Shown here piece after piece: positions 37,911 to 46,601 of a stretch of DNA of 51,475 nucleotides. The stretch lies in the NCBI GenBank assembly GCA_963777505.1, contig CAVZQN010000002.1, positions 1 through 51,475 of the forward strand, written 5' to 3'. This DNA is from an uncultured bacterium. GTDB taxonomy: Bacteria; Acidobacteriota; HRBIN11; JAKEFK01. Made by a program: the position numbers and the translations under genes. The notes beneath the pieces were generated by a model that saw only the letters and a list, made by a program, of their open reading frames with translations, was not told the DNA's origin and did not search any database. Each line of letters starts with the position of its first letter. The stretch's first letter is position 1.

Positions 37911-38531
37911 ATGATGTGTCCAAATTGTAATAACTCCAATCCTGCTGAGGCTCGATTTTGTGCCTATTGCGGAGCAACTCTGACTGCCAGAAAGCAGCCT
38001 CCACCCTTTCCAGGTGATGCGATCCATCAACCGCCACCCAAACAGTCGAAGAGTTCTAGCAGAGCTGGAGTCGGCATTGCCATTGCAGCAGGTTGTTTTG
38101 TTGTTTTTATGATTGTTGGAATCATTGCTGCAATTGCGGTTCCAAATCTCTTAAATGCAATACAACGCGGCAAGCAAAAACAAACGATGGCGGATATTCG
38201 TGCGATTGCGACTGCATGTGAAGCGTATGGAGTCGATAATGAGATGTATCCAAATGCAGATTCCATCACTAAACTGAAACCATTTTTAGTTCCTGAGTAT
38301 ATTCGCACACTTCCGGAAAAAGACGGATGGGAACACAATTTTGAATATCGAGCATGGAAGGCCGATGAAACTCAAAAAGGCCCTACAAGCTATATGATCG
38401 TCAGCCTTGGCAAAGACGGGAAAGTAGACGCTCAAAATTACTATGAAGGTGTAACAACAACATCATTTAATAATGATATCGTGTTTTCGGATGGCACCTT
38501 CTGGCAATATCCCGAATACATCCAACCATGA
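37911..38531 (+). CDS. Zinc-ribbon plus GspG/pilin-like membrane protein
   Basis: CPNC...FCAYCG, Pro-rich linker, IIAAIAVPNLLNAIQRGKQKQTMADIR, DGW, SLGKDG. Confidence 0.8.
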   Translation: MMCPNCNNSNPAEARFCAYCGATLTARKQPPPFPGDAIHQPPPKQSKSSSRAGVGIAIAAGCFVVFMIVGIIAAIAVPNLLNAIQRGKQKQTMADIRAIATACEAYGVDNEMYPNADSITKLKPFLVPEYIRTLPEKDGWEHNFEYRAWKADETQKGPTSYMIVSLGKDGKVDAQNYYEGVTTTSFNNDIVFSDGTFWQYPEYIQP

Positions 38532-38549
38532 CTGCATATTAAATTTCTG

Positions 38550-39920
38550 TTATTTCTTTTGCTCAATAAGTGTCTGAAGTTGTTTAGCCATAGCGGGATC
38601 GAGATTGCTTAGAATTTTATGTTCCTGCAGTGCTGCTGCATGATTCCGCATCGCGACATAGGCTTGTCCCAGATATAGGTGAGCTTGAGCATAATTGGGG
38701 TTGATTCGAATTGCCTCATTCAGACTTTCAAAAACCTCGGGCATTTGTTTCATCTTTGCATAGGCAACACCTAAGTTGAAATAGGCTTCTGCGTAATCTT
38801 TTTTCTTATCAATCGCTTTGTGAAAGTATTCCTGAGCCTCCGGATATCGCTCCAACTTTGCCAGAACAACACCCATTCCAAAATAATTTTCGGCTGCAGG
38901 ATGAGTTTCAATTGCGGAACGATAGTGTTCTGCTGCATCCGAATATTTTCCAGCTGCACTGAAGGCTTTAGCCAAATCTTCGTGAGATTGAGCGTCGGGC
39001 CGGAGTCGTAAGGCTGTTTGAAACTGAGTAATTGCAGCATCGTAAAGTCCATTCTTAAAATACTGGCTGCCTCGAAAACTGTACCAGACTGAACTCTCCC
39101 CTTCTGCTACGAGTTCTCCGTAAACTGGATCAGCAATATCAGTTTTTTCACTAAAGCGTGATGCGGTTGCCGAATTTTTTGAAACGCATTCCAAATCCTT
39201 TTGTTGTCTGCAAACCGAAACAAGCAAGTTATAGGCTTCACCAAAGTTAGGATTTATTTCCAAAACTCTCAGTAAATTTATGCGGCTTGTCTCTAAGTCT
39301 CCTTCGGCGAATGAAACTTGCGCCAAACTATACAGAGCATGAGCGCATTGAGGGTCGTAAGCGAGCGCTTGTGTGTACTTTTGAACAGCTTGATCCTTTT
39401 TACCAGACTGAACGAGCGCATCTCCATATTTAACAAGAAGCGGAACATATTGCGGATCGATTTTGCTTGCACGTTCAAACCACTCAAGAGATTCCGGCTT
39501 TCCTTGCTCGGATAACACGATTGCACAAAAATATGGCCACCTGAAATTTGAAGGATCCAGCGTTGCTGCTTCGTTATATATAGGAAGTGATTCATTTTTG
39601 AAATCGTGAGCATCTAGATTGAGTGCTAGCTTTCCCCAAGCAGCTCCTGATTTGGGATTGCTTCTTACTTGCTCCTGCAATGTCTTAATTTTGTTGACGA
39701 CTTGCGGTTCAATTCCGCTTAAATCCAATTGTGAGAAGGAGGCCAGCAGATTTCGTTTGTTTGCATCAATGTAAAGGAATCGATGCCATAAAAAACCCGC
39801 AACAGCAAGGATTGTGGCAATCAGAAGGATAAGAATCCAGGGCTTGAATGATTTCGAAGACTTCGCAAGTTCACGCGGATTTGAGTCTTTTTGTTTTCGT
39901 TTTGCTTTTTTTGTCATCAT
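38550..39920 (-). CDS. Membrane-anchored TPR protein
   Basis: Basic N-terminus, one TM, many TPR repeats (AEAYFNLG, AQAHLYLG). Confidence 0.9.
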   Translation of the reverse strand: MMTKKAKRKQKDSNPRELAKSSKSFKPWILILLIATILAVAGFLWHRFLYIDANKRNLLASFSQLDLSGIEPQVVNKIKTLQEQVRSNPKSGAAWGKLALNLDAHDFKNESLPIYNEAATLDPSNFRWPYFCAIVLSEQGKPESLEWFERASKIDPQYVPLLVKYGDALVQSGKKDQAVQKYTQALAYDPQCAHALYSLAQVSFAEGDLETSRINLLRVLEINPNFGEAYNLLVSVCRQQKDLECVSKNSATASRFSEKTDIADPVYGELVAEGESSVWYSFRGSQYFKNGLYDAAITQFQTALRLRPDAQSHEDLAKAFSAAGKYSDAAEHYRSAIETHPAAENYFGMGVVLAKLERYPEAQEYFHKAIDKKKDYAEAYFNLGVAYAKMKQMPEVFESLNEAIRINPNYAQAHLYLGQAYVAMRNHAAALQEHKILSNLDPAMAKQLQTLIEQKK

Positions 39921-39930
39921 TCTGAGTCTG

Positions 39931-40056
39931 CGCCCGCCTTCAGCGGGCTGGAACAGATGTCACCTTCTTAACCCCCAGCTTACGCTGGGGGCTATATCCC
40001 GCATCCCGTATCGGCATCCCGTATCGCGCATCGCGTATCGCGCATCTCGCATCGCG
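39931..40056. repeat. Two GC-rich hairpins followed by about nine heptamer tandem repeats (YATCNCG)
   Basis: cccccagcttacgctggggg (39972-39991); tatcccg catcccg tatcgg catcccg tatcgcg catcgcg tatcgcg catctcg catcgcg (39995-40056). Confidence 0.8.
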
Positions 40057-40115
40057 CTGGGAAGTATGTTAACGTAATAATTCCCAATTGACATTCCCTT
40101 CGATGAGGAAATCTC

Positions 40116-42275
40116 ATGCTCCGCACGAAGCTTGTCTTTTTACTCGTCTTTTTGTTTCCGCTTAGCGGTTTCTCAGAAGGATCATCCGATCCGACTTTCA
40201 TTTTAGAAGCAAACAGTCTGCAGCCATATTTTCCAGGTTATATCGGCAATGGGCATTTTAGTTTGAGTACGACCCAGCTTGGTATTACTGATGCTCCCTC
40301 TTATATGGCAAGGGTTTTCGATCATGGTCGCGATGATGTTCCACGGATCGCCATTCTTCCCGCATGGAATGGTATTGATATTCATAATGGGCAAAGCTGG
40401 ATCAGCAAAATAACGCCATCGGAAATGAGCATCGGTACATATCGTCAGCGGATTGATATGTATCAAGGAAGCTTACAAACGCGTTATCAATGGAAAGATG
40501 GGAATACCATAACAGATGTTGATGTTGAATCGTTCGTTTCAAGATCCAATCCTAATCTTGCTGCCATGAAACTGACAGTCAAACCAAATTACAGAGGAAC
40601 TCTTAGCCTCTCCTTCACATTGCGTGATTGGCCCGATCCAAAACGGATGCCTCTGGAAAAGCTGGAAAAATATGAGCCAGGTCCGAACGAAAAATGGCCG
40701 CGTGTCTGGTATCCGGGAAATATGATTGTGAACGACAGAAATTCGAATGTCACTGAAAGCGGCGGAAAAGCGTCGATGACATCCACTGCTGAAGGAAGGA
40801 AAACCAAAGTTGCACAAATGATGGAAATCCGTTGGCCATCAGACCTGGAAGGAATCAAAACAAAAACTGAAAATGTCGATGGATTGATCAGGATCGATAT
40901 CCAATTTCAAGCGACAGAAAACAAGCCTTATATGTTTTACAAATTCGTAGCGATCGAGTCCTCGCATAAGGCAGCTGATCCAATCAAAACAGTCACGAAA
41001 GTAATCGATTCGTTGAAATCACAATCGTATGATTCGATTTTTACAGAGCACGGGCGCGCATGGCGTGACTTGTGGGAAACAGATGTTGTTGTGGAAGGAA
41101 ATCCGGAATTACAGAAGATTGTTCATTCCATGATTTTTTATCTTCTTTGCAGTCTTGGGAAAGACACAGATTTCGGCATTCCTCCGATGGGTCTTTCGAG
41201 TGATGGTTACTATGGTCACATTTTTTGGGATGCAGACACCTGGATGTTCCCTGCCCTTCTTGTGATGCATCCGGATCTTGCAAAATCAATCGTGATGTTC
41301 CGTTATCGAACTCTGGATGCTGCGCGACAAAAAGCAAAGAGTTTAGGGTTTCGCGGTGCGATGTATCCATGGGAAGCTGATGAACTTGGTAATGAAACCA
41401 CTCCCTATTTTGCAAATCAGAATGCATTGAGCGAAATCCATATCACTGGAGATGTGGCTCTGGGACAATGGCAATATTATCTGGCAACAGGCGATAGAAA
41501 TTGGCTGAAAGAGTTCGGATATCCTGTGCTTCGGGAAACAGCCGATTACTGGGTAAGCCGTGTTATGTTCAATAAAGAAAAAAGTCGATATGAGATCGAC
41601 AGAGTTGTTTCGGTGGATGAAGGATTGATCGATATCAAAAACGACACGTATACAAACGCGGTTGCGAAAAAAAATCTCGAACTTGCGATTCGTGCGAGCA
41701 GCGTTCTTGGTATTCCGGAAAATCCTGAGTGGAAGAAAGTGGCTGATAAAATGTTCATTCCTTATAACGAAGCAGGTTCCTATCATCCACCTTTTGAAAA
41801 TGCACCGCCAAAAACGCTGGGGTCGGTCGTTCCACTATTAACGTATCCTCTGGAAGTTCCAATGAGTAATGAGGCTAAACGGAACAATATTTCACAATCG
41901 GCGAATCGGGTAGAAAAAGAAGGATCTGGAGCGATGATGGGAACCACGCTGCTAACAGTTATAGCTGCCGAGTTGGGTGATAGGGAACTTTTTGAAAGGT
42001 TATTTCCGTTTAGTTATACAGGTTATTTTCGTCCGCCTTTTAATGCATTGGCAGAAACACCACGCAATGATGGAACGAATTTCATTACAGGTGCAGGAGG
42101 ATTCTTACAACAGTTGATTTTCGGCTTTACAGGTCTACGTTTTAATGAAGACGGTTTAACGAAAAAATTCTCTCCGATGCTACCTTCGTCCGTCCAGAAA
42201 TTGCGATTGAAAAACTTTACAGTTAGAAACAAAAAGGTGAATTTTGAATTTGAACAGCAAAGACACCAAGACTAA
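40116..42275 (+). CDS. Secreted glycoside hydrolase family 65 protein
   Basis: Signal peptide; YIGNG, GHIFWDADTW, GAMYPWE, EIHITGD, VDE, NFITGAGGFLQ...GFTGLR. Confidence 0.88.
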   Translation: MLRTKLVFLLVFLFPLSGFSEGSSDPTFILEANSLQPYFPGYIGNGHFSLSTTQLGITDAPSYMARVFDHGRDDVPRIAILPAWNGIDIHNGQSWISKITPSEMSIGTYRQRIDMYQGSLQTRYQWKDGNTITDVDVESFVSRSNPNLAAMKLTVKPNYRGTLSLSFTLRDWPDPKRMPLEKLEKYEPGPNEKWPRVWYPGNMIVNDRNSNVTESGGKASMTSTAEGRKTKVAQMMEIRWPSDLEGIKTKTENVDGLIRIDIQFQATENKPYMFYKFVAIESSHKAADPIKTVTKVIDSLKSQSYDSIFTEHGRAWRDLWETDVVVEGNPELQKIVHSMIFYLLCSLGKDTDFGIPPMGLSSDGYYGHIFWDADTWMFPALLVMHPDLAKSIVMFRYRTLDAARQKAKSLGFRGAMYPWEADELGNETTPYFANQNALSEIHITGDVALGQWQYYLATGDRNWLKEFGYPVLRETADYWVSRVMFNKEKSRYEIDRVVSVDEGLIDIKNDTYTNAVAKKNLELAIRASSVLGIPENPEWKKVADKMFIPYNEAGSYHPPFENAPPKTLGSVVPLLTYPLEVPMSNEAKRNNISQSANRVEKEGSGAMMGTTLLTVIAAELGDRELFERLFPFSYTGYFRPPFNALAETPRNDGTNFITGAGGFLQQLIFGFTGLRFNEDGLTKKFSPMLPSSVQKLRLKNFTVRNKKVNFEFEQQRHQD

Positions 42276-42290
42276 AATGAAAGGAATCCT

Positions 42291-43373
42291 ATGAGACTTC
42301 GCATCGCGCTTGTTGTGTTGTCGTTGATCCTCAGTGTATTGATCGGGCTTTCGCTTTCAATGGGGGGCCGTAACGTTGCAGGCAGCAGTGCAGCTGCAAA
42401 AGATGAAATTCTGATTGGTCTTTCGATGGACACATTGAAAGAAGCAAGATGGCAAAAGGATCGCGAACTATTTGTAAAAGCAGCTGAAGCTCAAGGCGCA
42501 AAAGTGCTCGTACAATCGGCTAACAGTGACGATACGCGTCAAATGCAAGACGTTGAAGCTTTGTTGAGCAACGGTGTGGATGTCCTTGTTATTGTTCCGC
42601 ACAATGCGCGCGCGATGGCAAAGGCAGTCGATAAAGCGCATGAGGCAGGAATTCCTGTAATTGCTTACGATCGCATCATCACTGATACCGATCTTGATCT
42701 GTATGTATCGTTCGACAACGTAAAAGTCGGCGAGAAGCAAGGTCAATATATCATTGATCATCTGCCGAAAGGCCGTAAAGCCCGTATCATTCGAATCTTT
42801 GGTGCAAAGACGGATAACAATGCATTCCAATTCAAGCAAGGACAGGATAACGCGTTAAAACCTTATCTGGAACGCGGACAAATTGAAATCATTCATGAAG
42901 ATTGGGCTGAAAATTGGAAGCCGGAAAACGCAAAAAAAATCACGAATGCAGCGATCACTAAATTTGGCCCTAACTTTGATGCAATTTTAGCTTCCAATGA
43001 TGGAACGGCCGGAGGCGCGATTCAGGCGCTTCAAGAAGAAGGTCTGGCTGGAAAAATTTTTGTAACCGGTCAAGATGCTGAGCTGGTTGCTTGTCAGCGA
43101 ATCGCGGGCGGGCTTCAGGCAATGACAATCTACAAACCGATCCACAAACTTGCCACCGCAGCAGCGGAGCTGGCAGCCAAGTTAGGAAAGAGATCTCCTG
43201 TGATTGCAACAGGGATTACCAACAATGGAAAAATGGATGTCCCTTCAGTCTTGCTTGAAGTGATTACTGTAACGCGTGAGAATCTACGAGAAACTGTAAT
43301 TACCGATGGATTTCATTCAGAGGCTGATGTCTTCAGGAATGTTACTCCAGAACCGAAACCAGCAGCAAAATAA
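42291..43373 (+). CDS. xylF: XylF/ChvE-like monosaccharide ABC substrate-binding protein
   Basis: EARWQKDR, IAYDR, SFDNVKVG, TDNNA, NDGTAGG, GQDA, TIYKP; substrate may be glucose or xylose. Confidence 0.8.
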   Translation: MRLRIALVVLSLILSVLIGLSLSMGGRNVAGSSAAAKDEILIGLSMDTLKEARWQKDRELFVKAAEAQGAKVLVQSANSDDTRQMQDVEALLSNGVDVLVIVPHNARAMAKAVDKAHEAGIPVIAYDRIITDTDLDLYVSFDNVKVGEKQGQYIIDHLPKGRKARIIRIFGAKTDNNAFQFKQGQDNALKPYLERGQIEIIHEDWAENWKPENAKKITNAAITKFGPNFDAILASNDGTAGGAIQALQEEGLAGKIFVTGQDAELVACQRIAGGLQAMTIYKPIHKLATAAAELAAKLGKRSPVIATGITNNGKMDVPSVLLEVITVTRENLRETVITDGFHSEADVFRNVTPEPKPAAK

Positions 43374-43376
43374 GGC

Positions 43377-44906
43377 ATGTCAACTCGCGCTGTCGAACGT
43401 CCGATTCTTCAAATAAAAAATCTTACCAAACAATTTCCAGGTGTTATTGCTCTAAAAGATGTCTCCTTTGATTTGCATGAAGGCGAAGTCCACGCACTCT
43501 GCGGAGAAAATGGAGCTGGCAAATCGACATTGATCAAAGTTCTTTCCGGTATTCATCCATTTGGAAGCTATGAAGGAACGATTCAGCTTTTTGATCAGCC
43601 TGCGCAATTTCATAACATTGCAGATGCTCAAAAAGCAGGCATCGCGGTGATCTACCAGGAACTTGCTTTGATCCGCGAAATGACAATCGCGGAAAATATT
43701 TTCCTTGGCTCTGAACCACGAAAGGGTTTGTTAATTGATTGGAATCTTCTTTATTCCAGGGCTCGAGATCTGATGAATCGATTTGGCCTTGCGCTTGATC
43801 CGGCAGCGCGTGTTGGAGATTTAGGAGTCGGACAGCAACAGCTTGTTGAAATTATGAAGGCTCTTTCCAAAAATTCCAGGATCCTGTTGCTTGACGAACC
43901 AACAGCAGCTCTTGCCGAATCTGAAGTTGAGATTCTGCTAAATATCATTCGCGGTCTTAAACAAAAAAAGATCACCTGTGTATATATCTCACATAAATTG
44001 GATGAGGTTTTTTCGATTTCAGATCGCATCACTGTGTTGCGAGACGGCAGGTCCATCACAACATTGCAGACGGCACAAACCAATAAAAACGAAGTCATTC
44101 GTCATATGGTTGGAAGAGAAATTAACGACCTGTTTCCGCGTCAAGCTTCAGAAAAAGGAGAACCGTTACTAAAGGTCCAGAATTTGAGTGTTGGGATTCC
44201 TGGCAAATCGAAACCGGTTCTGGATCAAATTAATTTCGAGGTACGCGGTGGAGAGGTTTTAGGAATCGGCGGATTAATGGGAGCAGGCCGCACGGAATTA
44301 TTGATGCATATTTTGGGGTTTTACGGGAAAAGGCTCTCCGGTGACATCTTGATTCAAGGGCTGCCACTCAAGAGTGATCTTCCGGCACACGTAATTAAAA
44401 ATGGAGTTTTTCTTGCTAGCGAAGATCGAAAACGTTTCGGACTGCTGCTTACAAAATCCGTAGGCTTCAATTTGTCCCTTGCTTCCTTGCGGCAATTTAC
44501 TCGTAATAATCTAATCGATCAAAATTCAGAAATGAAAAGTAATCAATTTTTTATGAAGGCTTTAGGAATTAAAGCGCGCGGACAAGATACGCCTGTGCTG
44601 ATCCTTTCAGGAGGAAATCAACAGAAAGTAGTTTTGGGGAAAGCTTTGATGACTCAACCTAGAGTTATTTTGCTGGATGAGCCAACGCGTGGAATCGATG
44701 TTGGGGCAAAGATTGAGGTCTATGAAATTATTAACAAACTGACGTCCGAAGGAAAAGCAGTTGTTCTCGTTTCAAGTGAACTGCCTGAGTTGATGGGAAT
44801 GAGCGATCGAATTGTCATTTTAAGTGATGGCAAAATCGGCGGCACATTCAACAGAAATGAAGCGAATCAAGAAGCAATCATGAACGCAGCCATGAAATAT
44901 CATTAG
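43377..44906 (+). CDS. xylG: Monosaccharide ABC ATPase (two NBDs)
   Basis: GENGAGKSTL, LSGGNQQKV, DEPTRGIDVGAK. Confidence 0.85.
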   Translation: MSTRAVERPILQIKNLTKQFPGVIALKDVSFDLHEGEVHALCGENGAGKSTLIKVLSGIHPFGSYEGTIQLFDQPAQFHNIADAQKAGIAVIYQELALIREMTIAENIFLGSEPRKGLLIDWNLLYSRARDLMNRFGLALDPAARVGDLGVGQQQLVEIMKALSKNSRILLLDEPTAALAESEVEILLNIIRGLKQKKITCVYISHKLDEVFSISDRITVLRDGRSITTLQTAQTNKNEVIRHMVGREINDLFPRQASEKGEPLLKVQNLSVGIPGKSKPVLDQINFEVRGGEVLGIGGLMGAGRTELLMHILGFYGKRLSGDILIQGLPLKSDLPAHVIKNGVFLASEDRKRFGLLLTKSVGFNLSLASLRQFTRNNLIDQNSEMKSNQFFMKALGIKARGQDTPVLILSGGNQQKVVLGKALMTQPRVILLDEPTRGIDVGAKIEVYEIINKLTSEGKAVVLVSSELPELMGMSDRIVILSDGKIGGTFNRNEANQEAIMNAAMKYH

Positions 44907-44947
44907 AGGCCCGGCTTCCGCACCTCGCCACCGCGAGGCCGGGCCTC
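44906..44947 (+). other. Intercistronic GC-rich hairpin
   Basis: gaggcccggc/gccgggcctc perfect 10-bp stem; no U-tract. Confidence 0.6.
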
Positions 44948-44966
44948 AAGAATCAGGAGGATAGTT

Positions 44967-46097
44967 ATACAAGGGAAATTTTCGATTCGAGACTTTTCAA
45001 TCGGCTTTGCTTTGATCCTGATATGGATCTATTTCGCTCTTGCCTCAAATGTATTTCTAAGTGCACGAAATCTGTCGCTTCTTTCAATTGAACTTGCAGT
45101 AACAGCAACCCTTGCACTTGGAATGTTGCTGGTTTTGCTTCCCGGAATGATCGATTTATCCGTAGGAAGCGGAGTGGGTTTGATCGGCGGCATCGCCAGT
45201 GTTCTCGTATTTAAACATCAACTCCCTGCCCCTCTTGCGATGGCTATCGGCCTGGTGTTTGGAGTGATTGTCTGGTCTTTGATGGGAAAACTGATCGTAG
45301 GATTGAGAATCCCTGCTTTCATTATTACTCTCGGTGGACTGCTCGTGTTTAAGGGAACTTTCTGGCTCGTCATTGAAAATGAAACGGTACCAGTGAGCGC
45401 GGGTACAACTTCAAATCTGTATTCGATACTGACGACATACTATTTTCCAAAGTGGTTTGGTTTTCTGCTGGTTGGCTTAGTCGCGGCGGCGATGATTATT
45501 TCCAAAGTTCGATCCCGTAAGCAACTTCTGAAACATGGCTTTGAAGTTGAAGATGGTGAAATGTTTTTCCTTAAGTTGTTCGTTAGTCTGCAAGCCTTGT
45601 TTCTGGCAGTGATTGTAATGAATCAATATCGTGGCGTTCCGTTAGCCGTTTTGATTCTCGCTGCTCTTGCATTTGTGGTGTACATGATTACACAGCACAC
45701 TCCATTCGGACGCTACCTTTACGCAATCGGTGACAATGAGGAAGCGGCTGTATTATCCGGAATTCCTGTCCAAAAAATAATCGTGGGGGCATATGGAATT
45801 TTGGGAGCTATTGTTGCGCTGACTGGATTTATGCAAACGTCCTATTCAGGCGCATCAACAACGACTGTTGGTGATTTAATGGAGCTTGATGCGATAGCAG
45901 CTTGTGTTATTGGAGGCACGAGCCTCAAAGGGGGCCGTGGCACTGTACTCGGTGTTTTGTTTGGAGCATTGATTATGACCAGTCTTTTAAACGGGATGAC
46001 ACTGCTTGCCGTTTCACCCGAAATGAAATTTATCGCGCGAGGACTCGTTTTAATTTTGGCAGTGTGGATGGATGTAACCCTTTCGAAAAAAGCATAA
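44967..46097 (+). CDS. xylH: Monosaccharide ABC permease (apparent ATA start)
   Basis: IDLSVGS, IPAFIITLGG, FGRYLYAIG, ELDAIAACVIGGTS; AGGAGG 6 nt before in-frame ATA 44967. Confidence 0.85.
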   Translation: MQGKFSIRDFSIGFALILIWIYFALASNVFLSARNLSLLSIELAVTATLALGMLLVLLPGMIDLSVGSGVGLIGGIASVLVFKHQLPAPLAMAIGLVFGVIVWSLMGKLIVGLRIPAFIITLGGLLVFKGTFWLVIENETVPVSAGTTSNLYSILTTYYFPKWFGFLLVGLVAAAMIISKVRSRKQLLKHGFEVEDGEMFFLKLFVSLQALFLAVIVMNQYRGVPLAVLILAALAFVVYMITQHTPFGRYLYAIGDNEEAAVLSGIPVQKIIVGAYGILGAIVALTGFMQTSYSGASTTTVGDLMELDAIAACVIGGTSLKGGRGTVLGVLFGALIMTSLLNGMTLLAVSPEMKFIARGLVLILAVWMDVTLSKKA

Positions 46098-46187
46098 GAA
46101 CTCCCTCCGCGACTCTGTGGTTTAAGATCTTGTCGGCATTAGGATTAACCGCAGAGTTCGCAGAGAAAAACCTCAATCTAACTTCGA

Positions 46188-46526
46188 TTACAAATCTTCA
46201 AACTGATTTGCCAATCGTTTTGGAGCGGTATTACGCCAGGCGGTTTCAAGCGCTTTTTTGACACTACCTTTTTTTGCGGCAGGCAGGTCGACGCGAGTCG
46301 CGCCTTTTTTGCCCCAATATCCCTTGATTGGCTGAAATACATTTGGTTCTGATTTCACAAATGCCGCCTGCTGTTCAACAATTAATTTCACCATCCCCCA
46401 TTGATTGTCAGGCCAAAGCGTCGCAAAGATTTTCCCACCCACACGAAAATCAGGATGATCCATGTGAGAAGCTTCTACAGCTTCCGGAAGACTAAGCGCA
46501 AGTTTCCGAAACTCATTTGCAGTCAA
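46188..46526 (-). CDS. MmcQ/YjbR family protein
   Basis: ALSLPEA...HPDFRVGGKIFATL...WGKKGAT...AW. Confidence 0.85.
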   Translation of the reverse strand: MTANEFRKLALSLPEAVEASHMDHPDFRVGGKIFATLWPDNQWGMVKLIVEQQAAFVKSEPNVFQPIKGYWGKKGATRVDLPAAKKGSVKKALETAWRNTAPKRLANQFEDL

Positions 46527-46601
46527 TGAATTTTACCGCAGAGAACAGAGGAAGGAATAAGGGCGACCTTGCGATCGCCCTTCCAAAAATTTATAGAATT
46601 C

